A stretch of DNA of 10,754 nucleotides, from the UHGV virus genome UHGV-0300898; one strand, 5' to 3'. The position numbers were made by a program, and so were the translations under genes. The first letter of the stretch is position 1, and the number at the start of each line of letters is the position of its first letter. The notes below the pieces were generated by a model. That model was given only the letters and a program-made list of their open reading frames with translations. It had not been told where the DNA came from and ran no database searches. This stretch comes from a virus. Of the stretch, positions 1-5,799 are shown one piece after another.

Positions 1-322
1 TTACTGCATACTCTAACGTCACCTCCCCTTTTTCTTTCAATTGGTCGCAAAAGCGAGAAAATTGTTTTCCCGGCATCAGTTCAGCAAACCCATTGAGATT
101 CGCGCATCTTCCGTACGATTGATACGTCACGTAAACGATAACCCCATGCTCATCAGCGGGGTTTTTCGAAGCATTTAAAATAAAGCTACCGCCACTGGTT
201 TCAGTGACGTGAATAGGCACGCCAGTGTTATTTTCAAACGTAACGAGTTTCCTCAATCCAGACGTTTGATACAACGAGCGTTCAGAGATACTGGGCACCA
301 CATCGATATCAAGACGTTTCAT
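1..322 (-). CDS. hypothetical protein, N-terminal part only (MKRLDIDVVPSISERSLYQTSGLRKLVTFENNTG...); C-terminus lies beyond the window start
   Basis: ATG at 322..320 on the minus strand; the frame stays open to position 1 with no stop (hand translation). Absent from the ORF track because it is incomplete. Own SD is weak (GGGT), but a 16-codon in-frame uORF with a strong SD ends 12 nt upstream. Confidence 0.5.
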   Translation of the reverse strand, partial: MKRLDIDVVPSISERSLYQTSGLRKLVTFENNTGVPIHVTETSGGSFILNASKNPADEHGVIVYVTYQSYGRCANLNGFAELMPGKQFSRFCDQLKEKGEVTLEYAV

Positions 323-450
323 GGGTGACCCAAGCTAAATTTTAATGATGTTACATATCTTTAGTTTAAACTGTATTATTTCCATACGTACTCCTTTAAA
401 GCCAACTGACTGTCTCCCTTTAATAATATCTATCCAAAAAATAATAGAAA

Positions 451-498
451 GAAAAAAAAAATAAAAGGTCTAAGCCCCGAAGGGCTTAGACTCTTTTT
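451..498. terminator. bidirectional intrinsic terminator (10-bp perfect stem GTCTAAGCCC/GGGCTTAGAC, 4-nt loop) flanked by an A-run upstream and a T-run downstream
   Basis: Stem 468-477/482-491 with loop CGAA (UUCG in the minus-strand RNA). The A-tract at 451-467 becomes a U-tract on the minus strand, immediately after the stop of the 764-aa gene at 507. The T5 run at 493-497 serves the plus strand. Confidence 0.8.
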
Positions 499-506
499 AA
501 GCAAGA

Positions 507-2801
507 TTACTTACCAGCAGCAGCTTTGCCTTCGCCAGCAACGTTACCTGCTACACCACCTTCGGTTTGTTTCTGACCGTTCTGTTCAACAGAAACATTG
601 TAAGCCAGTTTTTCTTCAACCAGTTTGGTGATGCCTTTAACCCAGATCAGACCAGTGATCGGGCAGTGGCAGATGTGCGCGTTACGCGGCTGTACGGCCA
701 GCTCTTTAGAGGTAGAGCCGTTACGCTGAATGTTGATGTTAGTAACCATGATCGGAGACCAGAAGTGGTTACCCCAGTTCAGCACGTTGTAGGAACCATC
801 GTCCGCAGTCGGAACTTTCAGGAACCATTGCAGACGACGAGTCCAGGAACCGTCAGCTGCGTTGTAGATACGCCAGCGGTCATCGTTGGTGGTGATCACT
901 TCGTATTCGTAGCGATCGCCCAGCAGACGTTGGTCGCCCTGTACCAGCAGCAGCATGGATGCAGTCGGTTCGTCGGTTGCAATAACAACCTTCGGCAGAA
1001 TGTCCGGATCGGCAGTGTACAGACGCAGCGCAGGAATGAAGCGAGATTCCTGGATAGCCTGAGTTACCTGATTACCGATACGCTGTACCAGGCCCTGACG
1101 AGCGTTGATCAGTGCATCTTTGGTATCCAGGGACTGTACAACTTCATCAACGTTGTAGTCAGACTCTTTGAACCACGGAGCAACCCAGTGACGGCCCAGA
1201 CCACGAATGGCCGGTTTGTCCCACGGAGTGATCATGCTTGCAGCAGCGTTACGTACCGCTTCGGTGTAAGACAGCGTCTGAGTGATAGCCAGCTGTTCGT
1301 TACGGATGTTAACTGCGGAAATCAGGTCGTCCAGACGTTCGGTATCGTCGTATTCAACACCAACCGGAGACTTGGTCAGAATCGGAGAACCGTATTGCAG
1401 TTTGTAGTTTTCTTGTTCCCAGATTGGGTCAAGCAGCAGACCCTGGGTACGACGGTTTTCGTTGGTACGAGTACCATCGAAGCGCCAGCCCATCAGTTCG
1501 AGCTTCAGACCTTCCAGAACAACTTTGCCGGTACCAGATTTGGTATCAACCTTGTTACCGGTAGCGTCGTACAGACCTTCGATTTCCAGTTTGTGACCCG
1601 CGATGTCAACTTTACCACCAAACTGACCGGTAGTGAACAGAGACATGTTGATGGTGATCACATAACGCAGGGTGTAGGAGTTCTGTTCCAGTGTTTTCAG
1701 AGCCGGAATAGCTGCACCAGTCCAGTCGGTAGTTTTCGCGTTCAGAGAGAATGCGGTACGACGGAATTGCAGTACCAGCTCACGGCCATCGCCTTCAGCA
1801 GGACGCTGGAAGGTTGCGAACTGCATGTCACGAACGTGCAGTTTGATGAATTTACCTGCTTTCGCTTCTTCGGTCGGTTTACGTACAGAAATCAGCAGGC
1901 TGCCCAGAGCACAACCCGGTGCGATTTCATCAGTTTCGTCGTAACCTTCCTGAACGATACCCGGATGCGCAGACAGCTGGAACAGGTTCAGAGTGTCTTT
2001 AGCAAAGCTCAGGTAGTTAGTCGGGTACGGAGGTACACGGCCCAGACGAACAGATTCGTTCGGTACCAGATCTTCGCTTACGAAGTATTCAGCGTTTTCA
2101 CCGGTTTCCATTACGTAAGGAACGATGTTGATCGCTTCGTCCTGGAGAACGGTGTGGTCGGTCAGCGCGTTGTGCAGCGGACGACGATGATCTTCAACAA
2201 CGTCTTTGCTCAGCAGTGCGTTCATTACACCGCGAGAAACGGTGGTCACTTTGGTACGTACGGTAATACCAACATCGTTGGTGTCAACAGTGATGGTCGG
2301 GAACAGAGTCTCAGCGAAACGAGACTGGGTTTCCAGAGCACGTACGTTCAGCGTCCAGGTCAGACCCAGGTTTTTGTCGTAGTCTTTGTTGGTGTAGTAT
2401 TCCTGAGCGACAACCATACGCTCTTTGCCCCAGTCGCCGTTACCAGCTTGGGAACCAGGAATCGCAACGTCCAGGTTAAAACGGCTATGGAATTCTGGTT
2501 TAGCGTATTCTTGCGCTACTTTTTCTTGCAGGTCCATACCGTGACCAGCAGCACCCAGAATCATTGCAGAAGCAACTTCCGCAGCGTGGGACATTTTCTT
2601 ACCGCCAGCAAACGCGTTTGCGTAGTGCTGTGCAGCGTCGTCACGCAGGGTACCAAAAACTTTCGTGTTGCTACGTACAGATTCACCAGCAACGATGGTG
2701 TTCCACATTTCGCCAGCACTGTTGTTACTAATGACGCTTTGTACCAGCGAGTTACCAGCTTGTACGAGTTTCTCCAGATTAGAGATTCGGGTATCTTTCA
2801 T
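507..2801 (-). CDS. major virion structural protein, probably major capsid protein of a jumbo-type phage (764 aa); tail sheath is the alternative
   Basis: Longest ORF in the window. Codon usage is strongly biased toward high-expression codons (CGT, GGT, CTG, AAC, ACC, GAA), so strongly that the antisense strand carries an uninterrupted 752-aa artefactual ORF. SD TAAGGT lies 9 nt upstream of the ATG and a strong terminator follows the stop. Size matches the ~750-aa capsid proteins of phiKZ-like phages as I recall them. No homology search was possible. Confidence 0.85.
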   Translation of the reverse strand: MKDTRISNLEKLVQAGNSLVQSVISNNSAGEMWNTIVAGESVRSNTKVFGTLRDDAAQHYANAFAGGKKMSHAAEVASAMILGAAGHGMDLQEKVAQEYAKPEFHSRFNLDVAIPGSQAGNGDWGKERMVVAQEYYTNKDYDKNLGLTWTLNVRALETQSRFAETLFPTITVDTNDVGITVRTKVTTVSRGVMNALLSKDVVEDHRRPLHNALTDHTVLQDEAINIVPYVMETGENAEYFVSEDLVPNESVRLGRVPPYPTNYLSFAKDTLNLFQLSAHPGIVQEGYDETDEIAPGCALGSLLISVRKPTEEAKAGKFIKLHVRDMQFATFQRPAEGDGRELVLQFRRTAFSLNAKTTDWTGAAIPALKTLEQNSYTLRYVITINMSLFTTGQFGGKVDIAGHKLEIEGLYDATGNKVDTKSGTGKVVLEGLKLELMGWRFDGTRTNENRRTQGLLLDPIWEQENYKLQYGSPILTKSPVGVEYDDTERLDDLISAVNIRNEQLAITQTLSYTEAVRNAAASMITPWDKPAIRGLGRHWVAPWFKESDYNVDEVVQSLDTKDALINARQGLVQRIGNQVTQAIQESRFIPALRLYTADPDILPKVVIATDEPTASMLLLVQGDQRLLGDRYEYEVITTNDDRWRIYNAADGSWTRRLQWFLKVPTADDGSYNVLNWGNHFWSPIMVTNINIQRNGSTSKELAVQPRNAHICHCPITGLIWVKGITKLVEEKLAYNVSVEQNGQKQTEGGVAGNVAGEGKAAAGK

Positions 2802-2813
2802 TTGTTTAATACC

Positions 2814-3338
2814 TTAATGAGATAAATGACATGCGTATAATTGCGTCAGCACTTCGTTAGCGGCAAACTGCGTTGAGGTACTGAAGCAGTCATCCACGAC
2901 GCGAGTCTTGGTACGCATATATTTAAAAAGTTCTGCGCAGAACATCTTTTTCGCAGCGTGGTCTTCACCCGAAGAAAAACCCGAACCGGACTTTGCTTCT
3001 GCAAATGACGCCACAATCGTATCACCACGTTGAGTAAACACCCAACGTACGCGACAAGGAATTGTTTCCCCATATAAATCGTCAAGGGAAACCTTTTCGC
3101 CTGATTCGACCAGACGTAACACCTGATCATAATATTTACCTGGAAGCACAGGCGGAGCCATCAGTGCTTTATAAATAGCAGAACGACTTACTTCAGGTAA
3201 GATGATAGAACTGAAACCATTCGGACAGTCATATAACCAGTTAAAGAACCCTGCCTGGAGCAATTCTATACTTTTAACGGCAGCGCCTTTATCTATGTTA
3301 GGTTGAACTTCCCACGGTGGACTAAAACGAATTTGCAT
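2814..3338 (-). CDS. hypothetical protein (174 aa)
   Basis: Complete ORF in the track. SD GGAG lies 9 nt upstream of the ATG at 3338. Its stop TAA (2816..2814) overlaps the SD of the downstream 764-aa gene, giving a tightly packed co-directional pair. Confidence 0.7.
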   Translation of the reverse strand: MQIRFSPPWEVQPNIDKGAAVKSIELLQAGFFNWLYDCPNGFSSIILPEVSRSAIYKALMAPPVLPGKYYDQVLRLVESGEKVSLDDLYGETIPCRVRWVFTQRGDTIVASFAEAKSGSGFSSGEDHAAKKMFCAELFKYMRTKTRVVDDCFSTSTQFAANEVLTQLYACHLSH

Positions 3339-3351
3339 TTAAGGATGCTCC

Positions 3352-4914
3352 ATGAATAACAAAATGATGTTGATAACCGCCTTAGCCACATTATACGCTG
3401 AAAGTCTTCTGACCGATCCTGAAAAGGACCACGACATCATAAGAAAAGTGCTGTTAGAGGCTAAGCTTCCTGATTACGCAGAGGAAGGTGACGAACGTGC
3501 CGCCCTCGTCGAAATCAAGGATATCATCACATCCATCATAGACGGCGGTATGCCTTACGACCACACAAACGTCATGAAACGTTTGAAACTGGCCACTACG
3601 CAAATACGTCCTCTATACGATACGATTACCAAATTCCTGGAAGATGATATTCCAGAAGAACCAGAAGCACGCATCGAGCATCTTAATCGCCAAGTAGCAC
3701 AATACTACTTTCAGTTACGTCAAGCTATTCAAGGCGTACAACTGAAACAAAAATTGGGTCGTACGTTAGGCGCACTGAACGGTACCGAAACGCGCGTTGA
3801 TTTACAAACGGCGCTCAACGACCTTAAGGATACCTTATCCACGTTCAGTGAACGCTCTCATAATAAGATTCCTTCTCTGGTAGGGGAATTGATTACTGAC
3901 AATAAAGCACCTTTCGTGCACGTATTCGACTCTATCAGTAAGAAAGCGGCAGGGAACGGGTTGCGTACAGGTTGGAAAGCAATTAACCAGATGCTCGGTT
4001 GTAACAAAGGGATCACCGAAGAACTCTGGCTGATGCCTGCTCTCCCCTTTAACTGTAAGTCATTATTCAGTTTATTGCTCTCTATTAGCATTCCCGTTTT
4101 CAACACCCCAGAAAAGGTGATGGCGAATGTTAAGGGTGATCTACAACCGGTTATTCTAGATTTAAGTTTAGAAAACGAATTGGATGTTAACTTGGCTTAC
4201 GCGTATCAGGCACTATACGGACACTTTGAAGGTACAGCCCCGGTAATGGTTGCGCCAGAAACCGCAACTGACGAAGAAAAAGCGTCACATAATGCACAAA
4301 TGTCAGACTACCTCTGTAGTAAGATGCGGGCGAACGGTTGGGAGTATATTTTCCAAAAACACACAAACTCCGATTTTAAAATTCACTATTTAAACGATTT
4401 GATTTTAGATTTAAAACGTCGAGGTTATCATGTAGCTGGAATACGCGGAGACTATTTCGGTACTATCAGCAAAGCAGGGCACGGTAACGGCATTGCGGGT
4501 AGCGACATTAAAGAAATTTATCGTATCGCGCGAAACATCCAAGTGGTACGTAATCGTGGTTTCCTGTTAGCACCACACCAAATCTCACCAGAAGGCAAAA
4601 AATTAAAAGCACTCGACCCAGCAAGTTTCTGTAAGAACTTACCTGGTCGTGGTCTTCACGACAACTGCTCTAGCTTAGACAACGAAGCTGACGGTGAGAT
4701 GTATTTTAACAAACGTGTCGTCAACGGTCACAGCTATTTAGAAGTACAACGCGGTAAACACCGTACCATTATTGATACCAAAGAAGCTTATCATTATACT
4801 GTAATACCTTTCCGCGATGTTGGCATTTTGCCATGGGATTGTGATAAAGAAGAAACTGTAACAGCCTCGTCGATTAACGTATTTACCGGCGGCATGGGTG
4901 ACGAACTCTTTTGA
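3352..4914 (+). CDS. hypothetical protein (520 aa); helical, charged N-terminal region; no recognisable catalytic motif
   Basis: Complete ORF. SD AAGGA at 3340-3344 with a 7-nt spacer to the ATG. TGA stop is followed immediately by a GC hairpin at 4919-4936. The only plus-strand gene in the window. Confidence 0.8.
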   Translation: MNNKMMLITALATLYAESLLTDPEKDHDIIRKVLLEAKLPDYAEEGDERAALVEIKDIITSIIDGGMPYDHTNVMKRLKLATTQIRPLYDTITKFLEDDIPEEPEARIEHLNRQVAQYYFQLRQAIQGVQLKQKLGRTLGALNGTETRVDLQTALNDLKDTLSTFSERSHNKIPSLVGELITDNKAPFVHVFDSISKKAAGNGLRTGWKAINQMLGCNKGITEELWLMPALPFNCKSLFSLLLSISIPVFNTPEKVMANVKGDLQPVILDLSLENELDVNLAYAYQALYGHFEGTAPVMVAPETATDEEKASHNAQMSDYLCSKMRANGWEYIFQKHTNSDFKIHYLNDLILDLKRRGYHVAGIRGDYFGTISKAGHGNGIAGSDIKEIYRIARNIQVVRNRGFLLAPHQISPEGKKLKALDPASFCKNLPGRGLHDNCSSLDNEADGEMYFNKRVVNGHSYLEVQRGKHRTIIDTKEAYHYTVIPFRDVGILPWDCDKEETVTASSINVFTGGMGDELF

Positions 4915-4918
4915 GTCT

Positions 4919-4936
4919 GGGGAGCTTCGGCTCCCC
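4919..4936 (+). terminator. stable hairpin GGGGAGC-UUCG-GCUCCCC directly after the 520-aa gene; no U-tract, so either a 3' stability element or a non-canonical terminator
   Basis: Perfect 7-bp GC stem with a UUCG tetraloop, 4 nt after the stop codon. Followed by CTATAACCCC rather than a T-run. Confidence 0.4.
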
Positions 4937-5019
4937 CTATAACCCCTTATGCGTCTCGAAAAACAAAAAAAAACAGAAGGCTATTAATTATGAACGGAAA
5001 ACAACTACCGAACTAAGTA

Positions 5020-5046
5020 GGGGGTGGTAGCAACACCCCCTTTATT
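5020..5046 (+). terminator. intrinsic terminator, GGGGGTG-loop-CACCCCC plus TTTATT (first member of a three-copy terminator family)
   Basis: 7-bp stem 5020-5026/5034-5040, 7-nt loop, then TTTATT at 5041-5046. Preceded by an 8-codon mini-ORF (4990..5016) that has an SD. Confidence 0.55.
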
Positions 5047-5159
5047 AGTTAGTAACTTATCTCCTTAGAGGTGGTTGCTGAACATTATGGTTGTTAACCG
5101 TTTTCATTACCTTTCGTAATGTTGTAAAAACGTCAACAACTTTATGTGTTGATGCCGTA

Positions 5160-5189
5160 CAGCAGAGACTGGCGGAACAGTCTCTGCTG
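5160..5189 (+). other. perfect 12-bp hairpin (CAGCAGAGACTG / CAGTCTCTGCTG, 6-nt loop) abutting repeat copy 1
   Basis: Exact reverse-complement arms at 5160-5171 and 5178-5189. The position-equivalent hairpin before copy 2 (5561-5586) has an unrelated sequence but the same architecture. Confidence 0.7.
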
Positions 5190-5232
5190 CTTTAACTTCT
5201 CTTTGGAAAAGTTAAAGCTATGAAAAGGGGTG
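5187..5232 (+). repeat. 46-nt conserved element, copy 1 (CTGCTTTAACTTCTCTTTGGAAAAGTTAAAGCTATGAAAAGGGGTG); contains a 9-bp inverted repeat CTTTAACTT-N10-AAGTTAAAG
   Basis: 45/46 identical to 5586..5631, the single mismatch being 5224 A versus 5623 T. The copies are offset by exactly 399 bp. The internal inverted repeat is 5190-5198/5209-5217. Confidence 0.85.
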
Positions 5233-5250
5233 GTGGTGCACCCCTTTTTA
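5227..5250 (+). terminator. intrinsic terminator GGGGTG-GTGGTG-CACCCC plus TTTTTA (family copy 2)
   Basis: 6-bp GC stem, 6-nt loop, then a T5 run at 5245-5249. It begins inside the conserved element. Confidence 0.55.
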
Positions 5251-5291
5251 TTATACTTACGACCACCATCTCGGCAGGTTACTGTACGAGG

Positions 5292-5326
5292 AGGAGAGGC
5301 GCTGACACGCCTCTCCTTTATTTGTT
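5292..5326 (+). terminator. intrinsic terminator, stem GGAGAGGCG/CGCCTCTCC with loop CTGACA, followed by TTTATTTGTT
   Basis: Perfect 9-bp stem 5293-5301/5308-5316, extendable with flanking A-T and G-U pairs, followed by a T-rich tract. Confidence 0.6.
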
Positions 5327-5498
5327 AGTAGTGTTCACTCCTCTTTTCAGTGAATATCCGCGTGAAACGGTTGGTAGACGGTTTTAACCGTTTATCCATG
5401 CCGAGCTGACTATACTTGTAGATACGTTGCTGTAAATTGGTCTTTGCTGCACTCTGCTCTGCAAGCATTTTGTCGGTAAAGTAGTAACCATTGTTCAT
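5325..5498 (-). CDS. small basic hypothetical protein, 57 aa (MNNGYYFTDKMLAEQSAAKTNLQQRIYKYSQLGMDKRLKPSTNRFTRIFTEKRSEHY)
   Basis: Below the 60-aa cutoff of the ORF track and found by hand translation. ATG at 5498..5496 is preceded by SD GAGGG with a 6-nt spacer; TAA stop at 5327..5325. It lies between the two copies of the 46-nt element. Confidence 0.35.
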   Translation of the reverse strand: MNNGYYFTDKMLAEQSAAKTNLQQRIYKYSQLGMDKRLKPSTNRFTRIFTEKRSEHY

Positions 5499-5531
5499 GG
5501 TAAGCCCTCTTTGTAGGGTGATTAAAGAAAT

Positions 5532-5551
5532 CCACTACGGAAACGTAGTGG
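5532..5551 (+). other. perfect 8-bp hairpin CCACTACG-GAAA-CGTAGTGG with a GNRA-type tetraloop
   Basis: Exact inverted repeat with a GAAA loop, about 35 nt upstream (minus sense) of the 57-aa ORF start. Confidence 0.6.
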
Positions 5552-5560
5552 TGTTGTAAA

Positions 5561-5586
5561 GGGTACGCTGTAGCACCAGCGTACCC
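5561..5586 (+). other. perfect 10-bp hairpin (GGGTACGCTG / CAGCGTACCC, loop TAGCAC) abutting repeat copy 2
   Basis: Same position relative to the conserved element as the 5160-5189 hairpin, with a completely different stem sequence. Confidence 0.7.
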
Positions 5587-5631
5587 TGCTTTAACTTCTC
5601 TTTGGAAAAGTTAAAGCTATGATAAGGGGTG
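5586..5631 (+). repeat. 46-nt conserved element, copy 2
   Basis: See copy 1; 45/46 identity at a 399-bp offset. Confidence 0.85.
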
Positions 5632-5656
5632 TGACAGCACCCCTTTATTTTATTTA
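5626..5656 (+). terminator. intrinsic terminator GGGGTG-TGACAG-CACCCC plus TTTATTTTATTT (family copy 3)
   Basis: Same stem as 5227-5244 with a different loop, followed by a long T-rich tract. Confidence 0.6.
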
Positions 5657-5749
5657 GTAGTTACTTCTCCTTTCGGTGAAGATTTGTACTCGTCGATTAT
5701 TAGAAGGTTTAAACCTTTTATTTAATCCAAGCTGTTGAATTTGCGAAAA

Positions 5750-5799
5750 TAAATAAAGTGTACCCCTAATCCTTTTCGGGATTAGGGGTTGCTTTTATT
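5750..5799. terminator. bidirectional intrinsic terminator (10-bp perfect stem CCCCTAATCC/GGATTAGGGG)
   Basis: Stem 5763-5772/5779-5788 with loop TTTTCG. A T-rich tract follows on the plus strand (5789-5799) and an A-rich tract precedes it (5750-5760), which is a U-tract on the minus strand. Sits directly after the stop of the 271-aa minus-strand gene. Confidence 0.75.

Noticed and set aside
567-2825. 752-aa plus-strand ORF in the track
   Set aside because: It is exactly antisense to the 764-aa minus-strand gene. The sense gene has strongly biased codons, an SD and a terminator; the antisense frame is open only because that bias depletes reverse-complement stop codons. Its predicted protein is low-complexity and rich in V, F, R and Q.
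2846-3130. 94-aa minus-strand ORF
   Set aside because: Wholly nested in another frame inside the 174-aa gene 2814..3338; no independent RBS.
3170-3177. TATAAATA as a T4-type late promoter
   Set aside because: It is a single occurrence, and the gene content (764-aa major structural protein) does not look T4-like, so a chance match is plausible. Kept only as a note within the divergent-pair finding.
3858-4106. 82-aa minus-strand ORF
   Set aside because: Antisense and internal to the 520-aa gene; no RBS.
5220-5387. 55-codon plus-strand ORF starting at the ATG inside repeat copy 1
   Set aside because: It runs straight through two terminator hairpins. The equivalent ATG in copy 2 gives only 12 codons in a different frame, so the coding potential is not conserved. 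More likely structural or regulatory sequence.
5704-5717. AAGGTTTAAACCTT palindrome as a restriction-modification or mobile-element signature
   Set aside because: It is a single 14-bp palindrome with no adjacent methyltransferase, nuclease or transposase gene; more simply an operator-like site or weak hairpin. Folded into the hairpin-island finding.
4915-5794. tRNA or other known RNA gene in the large intergenic region
   Set aside because: No cloverleaf-compatible arrangement and no T-loop-like GTTCGA/GTTCAA motif; the hairpins are simple stem-loops. No CRISPR-like regularly spaced repeats anywhere in the window.
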